The notes: generated by a model from the letters alone, not told the origin. A DNA stretch of 64,000 nucleotides from an uncultured Acidimicrobiales bacterium (GCA_943788915.1 CALSSD010000013.1:248001-312000), one strand, 5' to 3'. Numbered from the stretch's first letter, positions 52,868 to 62,949 are shown. Numbers and translations: made by a program.

Positions 52868-53220
52868 TAGATGTACAGGCCGGTGCTGCCCTCTTCAAGG
52901 CGCTCGGCGGCGACGGCGTGAATGTCACGCTCGCGCAAAATGATGTAATCGGTACCGCCGACTTCGACCTCGTACCGGTCGTTCGGATTAAAGAGCACTT
53001 GGTCACCGAGCTCCACCGCTCGGACGTTTGGGCCGACAGCTTCGACAGCTGCCCATGTGAGTCGTTTGCCGACCTGGGCGGTTGCAGGAATCAGAATGCC
53101 GCCATTGGTACGACGATCACCTTCGCCCTCATCTATGTTGACCAGGATTCGGTCGGTCAGCATCTTGATCGGAAGCTTGTCGTCGGGGTTCAAGCCGTTG
53201 CTCTTGCTCGTAGCGGTCAC
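52867..53220 (-). CDS. Orphan GroES-like co-chaperonin paralogue
   Basis: IKMLTDRILV, TNGGILIP mobile loop, VGP, GDQVLF, ILRERDIHAV; no groEL nearby; extra tail ending GLYI. Confidence 0.88.
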   Translation of the reverse strand: MTATSKSNGLNPDDKLPIKMLTDRILVNIDEGEGDRRTNGGILIPATAQVGKRLTWAAVEAVGPNVRAVELGDQVLFNPNDRYEVEVGGTDYIILRERDIHAVAAERLEEGSTGLYI

Positions 53221-53230
53221 CGCGGCAACG

Positions 53231-54004
53231 TTATCCGACCGGGCGAACGGTCACGCCCGCCTTGAGGAGTGCCGACTTGGCTTCTGCCACGGTGTGTTCA
53301 CCGAAGTGGAAGATCGATGCCGCAAGCACAGCATCGGCATGGCCTTCGGTCACGCCTTCGACGAGATGGTCGAGTGTCCCGACGCCACCGCTCGCTATTA
53401 CCGGCACCCCGACTGCGTCGGCGACTGCACGGGTCAGTTCATTGTCATAACCGGCACGGGTGCCATCGCCGTCCATCGATGTGAGCATGACCTCGCCCGC
53501 TCCGCCAGTCGTCGCTCGTATTGCCCACTCGACGGCATCGATACCGGTGGGAGTGCGCCCGCCATGGATATAGACCTCGAAGCCACTTGCTGTGGTGCCG
53601 GGGCTGCGTTTGGCGTCGATGGCGACCACCACACATTGGTCGCCGAACTCGGCTGCGATCTCGGCCAGAACCTCGGGGCGTTCCACCGCTGCGGTGTTCA
53701 CACCCACCTTGTCTGCACCGACACGAAGCAGCTTGCGAGCGTCTTCAACGCTGCGCACGCCACCACCAACTGTGAACGGGATGTAGAGCTCTTCGGCCGC
53801 GTGTCTCGCCATCTCGACGGTGGTGTTGCGACGTTCATTCGACGCGGTGATGTCGAGGAAGATAACCTCGTCGGCGCCCTGTGCGTCGTAACGAGCGGCG
53901 AGTTCGACAGGGTCACCGGCGTCGCGAATATCTACGAAGTTGACGCCTTTGACGACGCGGCCCTTGTCCACATCGAGGCACGGGATAACCCGAACGGATT
54001 TCAT
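53231..54004 (-). CDS. hisF: Imidazole glycerol phosphate synthase cyclase subunit
   Basis: [22 protein letters not shown]. Confidence 0.97.
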   Translation of the reverse strand: MKSVRVIPCLDVDKGRVVKGVNFVDIRDAGDPVELAARYDAQGADEVIFLDITASNERRNTTVEMARHAAEELYIPFTVGGGVRSVEDARKLLRVGADKVGVNTAAVERPEVLAEIAAEFGDQCVVVAIDAKRSPGTTASGFEVYIHGGRTPTGIDAVEWAIRATTGGAGEVMLTSMDGDGTRAGYDNELTRAVADAVGVPVIASGGVGTLDHLVEGVTEGHADAVLAASIFHFGEHTVAEAKSALLKAGVTVRPVG

Positions 54005-54738
54005 GCGTCGGCGCCTTCCTGCAGGATGGCAACGGCTTGAGCCACCGTAAATGCCTGTTCGTAAATTGCCCGGCCGGCAATGACCCCTTCGAGTGTGCGG
54101 CCGTCTGCTTCGAGGCCTACCAACAAGCGGAGATGATCAAGCGTGCCTACGCCGCCAGACGCGATCACCGGCACCTCGGTGGTCGCCAACACCTTCTGGA
54201 GTCCCTCGGTATCGGGTCCCTCCATGGTGCCGTCACGAGCGATCTCGGTCACCACGAATGCGGCCACGCCAGCGTCACCAAACGATGCAACCGTTTCGAA
54301 GAGGTCCTTGCCGGTGCGTTCTTCCCACCCGGCGACGGCAATGTCGGTACCCCACGCGTCGAGGCCAACCGCAACCTGGCCTTGGGGAGCAAGCTCACGC
54401 ACGAGGTCAGGGTTCTGGACAGCTGCCGTGCCGATCACCACCCGGGTTACACCGGCATCCCACAGCCGCTTGGCGGCTTCGACCGTGCGGACTCCCCCAC
54501 CGACCTGCAACGGCACATCGACTCGTTCGGCGATGGCTGCGATGGACGCCAGGTTCTGTTGATCACCGCTGCGGGCTGCATCGAGATCAACACAGTGGAT
54601 CCAGGCCGCACCTTCGCTGGCAAAAGCCGCTGCCTGGTCTGCCGGGTTGTCGCCGTAGACCGTCTCGCGGTCGTAGTCGCCTTGGTATAAGCGCACACAG
54701 TTGCCGTCGCGGATGTCGATTGCTGGGTAGAGCTTCAT
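54001..54738 (-). CDS. hisA: ProFAR isomerase
   Basis: [26 protein letters not shown]. Confidence 0.95.
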   Translation of the reverse strand: MKLYPAIDIRDGNCVRLYQGDYDRETVYGDNPADQAAAFASEGAAWIHCVDLDAARSGDQQNLASIAAIAERVDVPLQVGGGVRTVEAAKRLWDAGVTRVVIGTAAVQNPDLVRELAPQGQVAVGLDAWGTDIAVAGWEERTGKDLFETVASFGDAGVAAFVVTEIARDGTMEGPDTEGLQKVLATTEVPVIASGGVGTLDHLRLLVGLEADGRTLEGVIAGRAIYEQAFTVAQAVAILQEGADA

Positions 54739-55370
54739 GCCGGGGCTCCAACGGGTATTTGTTCGACAAAATTGCGCAAGAAGTCGAGTCCGGCCTGGCC
54801 CGACTTCTCGGGGTGGAACTGGGTTGCGATGATGGTGTCGCGTCCGGCGATGGCAACCATCTCTCCGCCGTAGTCACACGTGGCCAGCGATGCTTCGGTC
54901 TCAAGCACGGCGTAACTGTGCACGAAATACATCCAATGGTCGACTAGTTGTGACGCCAGTGGATGATCGACGCTTGCGGTGATTGGGTTCCATTGCATCT
55001 GTGGCCGTTTGACTCCGTCGGGCAGAAGCACAACCCGGCCAGGGAGGATGCCGAGGCCTGGTTGTTCGGGACTTTCATCGCTGCCGTCGAACAACATCTG
55101 CATGCCCACACAGATGCCGAGGAAGGGCCGTTCGTCTCGGGCCGCGTCGATGGTGACTTGGGCCAGGCCAGCGTCATGTAACGCCTCCATGCAGCGGCCG
55201 AAGTTGCCAACGCCGGGCAGTACCACGGCATCGGCGGATTGGATGACGGCTTGGTCACTCGTAAGGGTGGCATCGGCACCGACGCGCTGCAAGGCCTTCT
55301 CGGCCGAACGCAGGTTTCCAATGCCGTAATCGATTACAGCAATGCGAGGTGTCCCCGCTTGAGGTGTCAT
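54735..55370 (-). CDS. hisH: IGP synthase glutaminase subunit
   Basis: DYGIGNL, GICVGMQ, QFHPEKS. Confidence 0.96.
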   Translation of the reverse strand: MTPQAGTPRIAVIDYGIGNLRSAEKALQRVGADATLTSDQAVIQSADAVVLPGVGNFGRCMEALHDAGLAQVTIDAARDERPFLGICVGMQMLFDGSDESPEQPGLGILPGRVVLLPDGVKRPQMQWNPITASVDHPLASQLVDHWMYFVHSYAVLETEASLATCDYGGEMVAIAGRDTIIATQFHPEKSGQAGLDFLRNFVEQIPVGAPA

Positions 55371-55380
55371 TGTTCGAACG

Positions 55381-55975
55381 TCAGCCGGTAAGGGTGCCCT
55401 TGGTCGATGGCACCTCGGTTCCTTCGATACGGACAGCGTCCTTGAGTGCCCGAGCGGCACCCTTGAACGTCGACTCGATGATGTGATGGGTGTTCTTGCC
55501 TCGGACCAGAGTCAGGTGCAAGGTAATGCCTGCGCTGGTCACGAAGGCCCGCCAGAACTCTTCCACGAGTTGCGGGTCGAACGGCGGGGTTCCGAAGATG
55601 ATGTCGCCTGGCGGGATCGATTTCGTACACTAGGAACGGTCGGCCGCTGAGATCGAGCGCAACGTCGACCAGCGCTTCATCAAGCGGACAGGACGCGGTC
55701 GCAAACCTGCGCACGCCGGCCTTGTCGCCCAGGGCCTCGCCGAAGCAGGCACCGAGTGCAATGCCGACGTCTTCGACCGTGTGATGGGAGTCGATTTCGA
55801 GGTCGCCTTTTGCATGGACCTTGAGTCCGAAACTGCCATGGCGGCCTAGCTGATCGAGCATGTGATCAAAGAACGGGATACCCGTATCACAGTCGATAGA
55901 ACCGCCATCGAGATCGATGGCGATGTCGATGGCGGTTTCTTTAGTCGTACGCGAACGTTCAGCGGTGCGAGTCAT
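55381..55975 (-). CDS. hisB: Imidazoleglycerol-phosphate dehydratase with apparent +1 indel at ~55614
   Basis: FFDHML, DSHHTVED; NTHHIIESTFK in the shifted frame. Confidence 0.92.
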
Positions 55976-56043
55976 CACCATAAGTATGGCCGCTGCTCGC
56001 GTCGAAAGAGCTGCACGTACATGTTGGTTCCTCCGCGGCCGGT

Positions 56044-57129
56044 TTACGAGACGATGTCGGCCAACGCTGCGAGGAAGGCACGGTTTTCGTCGCTGGTTCC
56101 CACGGTGATCCGCAGGCAGCCATCAAGGCGAGGCCAACTTGCGCAGTTACGCACAAGAACGCCTCGGTCGACGAGTTGTTGCCACACCTCGTTGCCAGAA
56201 TTGTTCGGTGGCCGAAACAGCACAAAGTTTGACTGCGACGGCCAGAACTCGATACCGAGATCTCCCAGGCCCGCTTGGATCGCACCCCGTTGTTCGACCA
56301 TACGAGCAACACGAGCGTTCATCTCGTCTTCGAAGTCGAGTGCTGCGCTGCCAGCAGCTTGCGACACAGCGTCGAGGTGATACGGGAGGATCGCGGTGTT
56401 CAGCCGTTCGACAATCCACGTTGGGGCAATCAGATAGCCCAAACGGGCTGCTGCCATCGCCCAGGTCTTGGAGAACGTTCGGGTCACGATCATTGCCGTG
56501 TCTTCGTCGAACAGGTCGAGCGCTGACCAGTCGGAAAATTGGGCGTAGGCCTCGTCGACAACAAGTAGCCCGAAGTCGCTGACCGTATCGAGAACCCGCT
56601 GCACCAGCTCGGGCGGTTCAACGATGCCCGTCGGATTATTCGGCGAACACAAGAACGTTGCGATTGGTCTGGTTTCCCCAAGTGTCGCGATTGCGTGATC
56701 GGCATCGATGGTGAAGTCGTCTTGGCGCTCAATCTCGATCACGCCGGTACCCGTGACCCGGGCGATCTGACCGTGCATGGCATAGGTCGGCTCAAACGTC
56801 AGGATCGACCGTCCGGGCCCACCCCAGGCCAGCATGATCGTCTGCAGGACCTCGTTGGACCCGTTGGCGACAAAGATGTTGTCGGGCGTGATACCAGGGT
56901 GATCAGCGACATGGTGGGCCGCGAGTTTGGTACGGAGCTCGGTTACGCCACGGTCGGGGTACCGATTCCATTCGAGTGCTGCGACCCGGTCGACCACTGC
57001 TTGCTGGAAACCCAGTGGTGGCGGTTCGGGGCTCTCGTTGGTGTTCAGACGATGTTCAACATCAAGTTGCGGCGAGTGGTACCCGGGTAGTTCGGCCAGG
57101 TCATCTCGCACAGGTGGCCGATAGCTCAT
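56044..57129 (-). CDS. hisC: Histidinol-phosphate aminotransferase
   Basis: LNTNESP, NRYPD, PNNPTG, DEAY, RTFSK. Confidence 0.95.
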   Translation of the reverse strand: MSYRPPVRDDLAELPGYHSPQLDVEHRLNTNESPEPPPLGFQQAVVDRVAALEWNRYPDRGVTELRTKLAAHHVADHPGITPDNIFVANGSNEVLQTIMLAWGGPGRSILTFEPTYAMHGQIARVTGTGVIEIERQDDFTIDADHAIATLGETRPIATFLCSPNNPTGIVEPPELVQRVLDTVSDFGLLVVDEAYAQFSDWSALDLFDEDTAMIVTRTFSKTWAMAAARLGYLIAPTWIVERLNTAILPYHLDAVSQAAGSAALDFEDEMNARVARMVEQRGAIQAGLGDLGIEFWPSQSNFVLFRPPNNSGNEVWQQLVDRGVLVRNCASWPRLDGCLRITVGTSDENRAFLAALADIVS

Positions 57130-58443
57130 GCGCTCGCTCGCCCGGTGGGTTCGTTGTCGAGATCGGCCAGACGAAGTCGCACCGACTCCGCGTGGGCATC
57201 AAGGCCTTCGGCCATGGCCAACACTTCGACGTGCGGCCCGGCCCATTGCAGCGCCTCGTTGGTGACCGACACGATATGCACATCCTTGGTGAAGTCTTCG
57301 AGTCCGAGTGCACCACCAAATCGTGCCGTACCATTCGTTGGGAGCACGTGCGACGGTCCCGCGATGTAGTCGCCCAGCGATGCGGGTGCCATCTCTCCGA
57401 GAAACACCGCGCCTGCATGGCGAACCCCGGTCACGATCGATGCGGCATCGGAGGTCATCAACTGGAGATGTTCGGGGGCGATGACGTTAGCGACGTCGAT
57501 GGCCTGGCTGCCATCACGCACGAGGGCAACATGGCCGCCCACGGCGAGCGTCGCTTCGATGTCTTCCCTCCGAGGAGCAACGGCGAGCAAGTCCCGCATA
57601 GCAGCTTCGACGGCGTCGACTGCGGCCTCGTCGTAGGCAATGAGCCAGGACAAGCCATCGGGGCCGTGTTCAGCCTGGACCATCAGGTCGATGGCAACAT
57701 ATCTGGGGTCGGCGTTGCCGTCGGTCACCACACAGATCTCGGACGGCCCTGCGAACGCCGACGGCACGCCGACGATGCCAGAGACCTCACGTTTCGCTAG
57801 GGCCACGAAAGACATTGCCCGGGCCAACAATCACATCGACCGGGTCGATGGTTTCGGTGCCGTACGCCATTGCAGCAATCGCTTGTGCACCACCACAGGC
57901 ATAGACCGTGTCGACTTCGGCGATCGACGCTGCCGCCAACGTGACGTCGATGACCTTGCCGTCTCCCTTGGGTGGCACACAGACCACCACCTCACGCACC
58001 CCAGCAGCTCGGGCTATCACAGCGGTCATCAAAACGGTCGAGGGATACCAAGCGCGGCCGCCGGGCACATAACAACCTGCACGGTCCACCGGTTGGCGGT
58101 TCTGGGTAATCGTCATGCCCTTGTGCTGATAGGAGTGGGCTGGTTCGATCTGCGAAACATGGAACGCTTTGATCGATGCCGCCGCTTCTCGCAGGGATTC
58201 GATAATTGCCGGGTCAACCCGTTCTACCGCTGCGGCAAGGTCTTCTGGCCCCAGTTTCAGTGGCTTGGCCGCCGCCCCATCGAAGCGTGCGCCGAGTTCG
58301 TTGATTGCGTCGTCGCCGCGGTGTCGGACGTCCGCGATGATGTCTCGGACAATGTCCAGTGGCGCATCGGCATCGTCCATAGGACGAGGCAGGGCCGCCG
58401 CATAGTCACCGTCGAGGGAGCGAAGGTCATGGCGTGTAAGCAC
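57126..58443 (-). CDS. hisD: Histidinol dehydrogenase with apparent +1 indel at ~57809
   Basis: YVPGG, GGAQAIAA, GPGN then FVALAKR, AGPSE, QAEH, PEHL, GPSHVLPT in the next frame. Confidence 0.93.
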
Positions 58444-58452
58444 CGCCAAAAT

Positions 58453-58668
58453 CTATCTGTCGAACCCCTGCACGGCGCGGCGAATTCTTCGTTGCGCATT
58501 CCTGAGTGACCGTTCGACCTCGTACAGGTCACCAGCCACGTCGTCGCGTTCGACAGCCCGCCATCGATCAGCGACCTCGACAACGCGCGTCTGCATGTCG
58601 GCCAACACTGTCGTTATCGAGGACAACTCTGCCGCATCGTTGCTTGCATTCGGCTGCTCTGAAGTCAC
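58453..58668 (-). CDS. Small helical hypothetical protein
   Basis: 71 aa, co-oriented and abutting hisD. Confidence 0.6.
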   Translation of the reverse strand: MTSEQPNASNDAAELSSITTVLADMQTRVVEVADRWRAVERDDVAGDLYEVERSLRNAQRRIRRAVQGFDR

Positions 58669-58773
58669 ACGTCAGGTTGTATCAGAATCCCTGGGTAAAC
58701 CGGTCCGACCAAAATCGACACACGACAGCACCGGTCCCACAAGGCAGCAACCACACCACGAATACAGCAGGAG

Positions 58774-58875
58774 AAAAGGACAGCGGGCGCCTCCCGAAGG
58801 AGACGCCCGCTTGGCGACACAGGGCGGCGGATCCCTGATCTAGTCACCATTATGGTCGGGTGGCGGAACCCGACC
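58774..58875 (-). ncRNA. Candidate ~100-nt structured small RNA or leader (three hairpins)
   Basis: TTGGGA-N17-TATGCT promoter at 58910-58882; two hairpins with UCCGCC loops; cUUCGg terminator hairpin and U run. Confidence 0.6.
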
Positions 58876-58983
58876 TCAGCGAGCATACGCCAACTCAGGA
58901 CACGTCCCAAACACCTTCGAAGGATTGCTGACAAACCATGCTGTCATCAGGCATCACCATCATCTGCTCGTAGCCTTGCAAAA

Positions 58984-59688
58984 GTGTCTATAACGTCGCA
59001 ATTCATTGAAGAATCCGGGCTTTGGGTCATTGACATTCCGTCTGTTGCCGACGAGACAAACGACCACCATGGGTTGGTCAAAGCCGTAGATGACATCGCC
59101 AGGGCCGGGGGTGGCCCGGCACAGCTATGGATCCATGGCATCACCGACGAGGCCGATGCTGCTGCTCAAGCCATTGGAGCCTCGGCATACCGGGACCTGT
59201 GGCAAGTACGTTGCCCACTCCCCGCCGCTCGATCCACCCTCGAGACACGAGCCTTCACGCCCGCCGACACCGATGCTCTCGTTCGGGTGAACAACCGGGC
59301 ATTCTCGTGGCATCCCGAACAAAGCGGCATGACTCGAGAGAGCCTCGAAGCCACTATGGCTGAGCCATGGTTCAACGCCGACGGGTTCCGCCTCTATGAA
59401 CGCGACGGTGAACTCTTGGGTTTTTGCTGGACCAAGGTCCATGCGGATATGGACCCAGTTCACGGCGAAATCTACGTGATCGCTGTCGACCCGTCAGCGC
59501 ACGGCCAGGGACTCGGCACTCCTATGACTTTGGCTGGTCTCGACTGGATCAGCGATCAGGGCATCGAACATGCGCTGCTGTACGTCGAAAGCGACAATGA
59601 CCCAGCAAACGCCACCTACCGTAAGATCGGTTTCCGCCATTACCGCACCGATCGCGCCTACAACCTCACGATCGACGCGTCCGTATGA
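58984..59688 (+). CDS. mshD: Mycothiol synthase-like GNAT acetyltransferase
   Basis: NNRAFSWHPEQ, GFCWTKVH, GEIYVIAVDP, LYVESDN; short N-terminal domain. Confidence 0.8.
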   Translation: MSITSQFIEESGLWVIDIPSVADETNDHHGLVKAVDDIARAGGGPAQLWIHGITDEADAAAQAIGASAYRDLWQVRCPLPAARSTLETRAFTPADTDALVRVNNRAFSWHPEQSGMTRESLEATMAEPWFNADGFRLYERDGELLGFCWTKVHADMDPVHGEIYVIAVDPSAHGQGLGTPMTLAGLDWISDQGIEHALLYVESDNDPANATYRKIGFRHYRTDRAYNLTIDASV

Positions 59689-60776
59689 AGACCCCCAGCC
59701 CGACGACCCTCTACGACCTTGATCGCAACCAATTCGCCGACCTGTGTGCCGGTGAGCCGAAGTATCGCGTCGACCAAATCTGGCAGGGCCTGTACGACGG
59801 GCTGAAACTGCCCGACCAGATGAGCAATGTGCCCAAGGCATTACGGGCTCGTATTGCTGAAGAGGCCCCGCTGGCTCTCACCCAAGTCGAGTTGCAGCAT
59901 GCGGATAAGGGCCAGACCTTGAAATGGCTGTGGAAGGCACACGACGGCCACCAGATCGAAACCGTGCTTATGCTCTATCCCGACCGGGCCACGGTATGTG
60001 TCAGTTCCCAAGCAGGGTGCGCGATGGCCTGTGGTTTTTGTGCGACGGGGCAAGCTGGTTTTGACCGGCACCTCACGACCGGTGAGATCGTCGAACAGGT
60101 CGTGCGGGCCGCTCAGGCCGCTGGTGACCGGCGGGTCTCGAACGTGGTGTTCATGGGGATGGGCGAACCACTCGCCAACTTCGACAACACATGGAACGCT
60201 GTCGAGCGCCTCCACGGTGATCTTGGGCTCTCCGCACGGTCGATCACCGTGTCCACCGTCGGAGTAATCCCTGGTATCAAGAAGCTGACCGCAGCGTCGT
60301 TGCCAGTCACGCTCGCAGTCTCTTTCCATGCCGGAAATGACCGGCTGCGCGATGAACTCGTCCCTATCAACAAGCGCTACCCCATCGACGCTCTCTGTGA
60401 AGCCATGATTGGTTACCGAGAGCAGAGTGGCCGTCGGGTGTCGATCGAATGGGCACTGATCGACGGGGTCAACGACAGCGACCAAGACGCCACAGAACTT
60501 GCACGGATTGCTCGACGCACTCGCTCCCATATCAACCTCATTCCTCTGAACCCGACCCCCGGTTATCCAGTCGTAGGTTCGACTCCCAAGCGGCTCTACG
60601 AGTTCCGCGACCTGCTCGAAGCCGATGGCGCCACCGCGACAGTTCGTCGAACTCGAGGGCTCGAGATCGATGCCGCCTGTGGTCAACTCGCAGCCCGACA
60701 TAACGCCGCTGCGACCAATGGCACAGAACAAGCGGTGGCTGGGCCCAAGCGCCGCGCCGTTGAACGGGAAGACTAA
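59685..60776 (+). CDS. rlmN: 23S rRNA/tRNA m2A radical SAM methyltransferase
   Basis: CVSSQAGCAMACGFCATG, MGMGEP, IDAACGQL. Confidence 0.96.
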   Translation: MKTPSPTTLYDLDRNQFADLCAGEPKYRVDQIWQGLYDGLKLPDQMSNVPKALRARIAEEAPLALTQVELQHADKGQTLKWLWKAHDGHQIETVLMLYPDRATVCVSSQAGCAMACGFCATGQAGFDRHLTTGEIVEQVVRAAQAAGDRRVSNVVFMGMGEPLANFDNTWNAVERLHGDLGLSARSITVSTVGVIPGIKKLTAASLPVTLAVSFHAGNDRLRDELVPINKRYPIDALCEAMIGYREQSGRRVSIEWALIDGVNDSDQDATELARIARRTRSHINLIPLNPTPGYPVVGSTPKRLYEFRDLLEADGATATVRRTRGLEIDAACGQLAARHNAAATNGTEQAVAGPKRRAVERED

Positions 60777-60780
60777 GGCG

Positions 60781-61479
60781 ATGGCTATTCCTACCAGAGA
60801 CCAACCGCTGCCGACCGGCGACGACAAGGTCGCCAGCGTCCGCACCATGTTCGACACCATTGCGCCTCGTTACGACCTGGTGAACCGCATCATGACCTTC
60901 GGTCTCGACGTGCGGTGGCGCAACCGCACGATCAAGGACCTTGCACTACCGACCGGGTCCGTTATTGCTGACTTGGCCTGTGGCACCGGCGACTTCTGCC
61001 GAACCCTCGAAGACCGGGGCCACTCCCCCATTGGCTTCGATCTTGCGTTCGGCATGTTGGCCCATGCTCGCACTGCAGCACCGCTGGTGCATGCCGATGC
61101 ACTGCGGTTGCCGCTCCATGACAGCTCCGTCGATGGTGTGACCTGTGGTTTTGCGCTACGGAACTTCGTCGAGCTCGAACCCTTCTTCCAAGAGCTAGCC
61201 AGGATCACGAGGCCTGGCGGCCGTATTGCGTTGCTCGACGTGAGCCGCCCCAAGAGCCGGATACTTCGTTTCGGGTACGACATCTATTTCGGCAAGGTCG
61301 TGCCGCTCATTGGGGGCCTGCTCTCGAACTCCGACGCGTATCACTACCTACCGCGGTCGTTGTCGTACCTTCCCGCACCCGAGGTGCTCAGCGAACAGGT
61401 CAAAGCTGCAGGGTTCTCGACGGTCGAGCACCATCAACTCAACGGTGGGCTAGTGCAACTCATCACCGCCACCCGCTAA
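60781..61479 (+). CDS. menG: Demethylmenaquinone methyltransferase (MenG/UbiE)
   Basis: MFDTIAPRYDLVN, DLACGTGD, GFALRN. Confidence 0.88.
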   Translation: MAIPTRDQPLPTGDDKVASVRTMFDTIAPRYDLVNRIMTFGLDVRWRNRTIKDLALPTGSVIADLACGTGDFCRTLEDRGHSPIGFDLAFGMLAHARTAAPLVHADALRLPLHDSSVDGVTCGFALRNFVELEPFFQELARITRPGGRIALLDVSRPKSRILRFGYDIYFGKVVPLIGGLLSNSDAYHYLPRSLSYLPAPEVLSEQVKAAGFSTVEHHQLNGGLVQLITATR

Positions 61480-61495
61480 GGCGCTCCCGGCAGAG

Positions 61496-62026
61496 CTACT
61501 CGCCGGTTTGACCGTCGATCATTTCTCGCAGGAAGTCAGCGTGGCCGTTGTGCCGGGCGTACTCCTCGATCAGGTGTACCAGGATCCATCGCAGACTCAC
61601 GGCAGCGCCGTCTGGCCACACCCGTTTCGCTCGGGTGGTGAGCCCACCGTCGGCGAGTGCCTGGCCAACTCCGTGACGCGAACGAGATACCGCCGCGTGC
61701 CAGAGTGCAAAAAGCTCGTCCGGTGTGTCGAACGCTGCCGAATCCAATTCCCAATCTCGGTCATGCTCCCAGTCAACCGAGGCCCATGGTTCCACTCGTT
61801 CTGATCCTGGCAGCCAACGCGAGATCCATTCGTCCTCGACGTATGCCATGTGTTTGAGCAAGCCGCCCAGAGTGAGGCTCGAAGCCGCTGTAGTGGCAGC
61901 CAGCGCTGCCTGGTCAAGCCCGCTGCACTTCCACTCGAGAGTGGCCCGCTGGTAGTCGAGAAAGCCAAGCAGCGTCTCGACCTCATCGCCTTCGAATGGT
62001 GCTTCGGGCCGCTGGTTTTCTTCCAT
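61496..62026 (-). CDS. DinB/DUF664 family protein
   Basis: FLDYQR, LGGLLKH, EEYARHNGHAD. Confidence 0.88.
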   Translation of the reverse strand: MEENQRPEAPFEGDEVETLLGFLDYQRATLEWKCSGLDQAALAATTAASSLTLGGLLKHMAYVEDEWISRWLPGSERVEPWASVDWEHDRDWELDSAAFDTPDELFALWHAAVSRSRHGVGQALADGGLTTRAKRVWPDGAAVSLRWILVHLIEEYARHNGHADFLREMIDGQTGE

Positions 62027-62046
62027 AGGCGAAATCTAGTTGGCGA

Positions 62047-62949
62047 CTACCCGATCCAGAGTCCGGCGGTCAGCAGAATGCCGTACACCAGTTGCGTTTT
62101 GCCCGTCGCTTCGAGGACAGGGATCAGATCGCGGCCCATCGCTCCAGCATGTACAGGCTGGATCGCCCGAACCGCAAGCGGCAGAGCAGCCAAGGCAAGT
62201 AGCGCCCACGGCCGATCGATGGCAACGAGTGCAGCGACCACAAACGGAAGTACGAGGAACGCAACAAACAACCATCGCGTCCGGGCATCGCCAAGCCGGA
62301 CGGCCAACGTGATCTTGCCGGTTGCGCTGTCTGTCGGGATATCACGCAGATTGTTCGTGACCAACAACGCAGTCGACAGGCAACCAACGGCGACAGCGAC
62401 AAGCCATGCCATGCCTGACCACCCACCGGGCTGCATATAGGCAGAACCGACCGTGGCCACCAGTCCAAAGAAGACAAACACAAACAGTTCACCCAGGCCC
62501 ATATAGCCGTACGGGTTCTTGCCGCCGGTATAGAACCAGCCCGCCAGAATCGAAGCCAACCCCACACCGATGAGTTCCGGTCCCACAGCCATCGTGAGCG
62601 CCAGGCCGGCAGCCGCAGCCACACCAAACGAGGCGAACGCCGCCTGCTTCACCTTTTTCGCATCGACAATGCCGGAGCCGACAAGCCGCAGCGGGCCCGC
62701 TCGGTCATCGTCGGTGCCGCGAATGCCGTCGCTGTAGTCGTTGGCGTAGTTCGTTGCGATCTGCAGTGCAAGAGCTACCACCAGGGCAAACGCTGCACGC
62801 CACCAGATGATGCCACCGTCCCACCCAAGAGCTGGATCGACCGCCGCAGCAGTACCGACCGCCACTGGCACCACCGCTGCTGGCAGCGTCTTCGGTCGGG
62901 CGCCAGCAATCCAAAGAGACGCACCCTGAGGCACTGCGGGCGGGTTCAC
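62047..62949 (-). CDS. menA: 1,4-dihydroxy-2-naphthoate polyprenyltransferase
   Basis: ARPKTL, NYANDYSDG, NNLRDIPTD. Confidence 0.94.
   Translation of the reverse strand: MNPPAVPQGASLWIAGARPKTLPAAVVPVAVGTAAAVDPALGWDGGIIWWRAAFALVVALALQIATNYANDYSDGIRGTDDDRAGPLRLVGSGIVDAKKVKQAAFASFGVAAAAGLALTMAVGPELIGVGLASILAGWFYTGGKNPYGYMGLGELFVFVFFGLVATVGSAYMQPGGWSGMAWLVAVAVGCLSTALLVTNNLRDIPTDSATGKITLAVRLGDARTRWLFVAFLVLPFVVAALVAIDRPWALLALAALPLAVRAIQPVHAGAMGRDLIPVLEATGKTQLVYGILLTAGLWIG

Noticed and set aside
55600..57820. Programmed frameshifting in hisB/hisD
   Set aside because: No slippery heptamer seen; similar indels in many unrelated genes favour sequencing error
58774..58875. Classical histidine ribosome-stalling attenuator
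   Set aside because: No His-codon-rich leader peptide in the region
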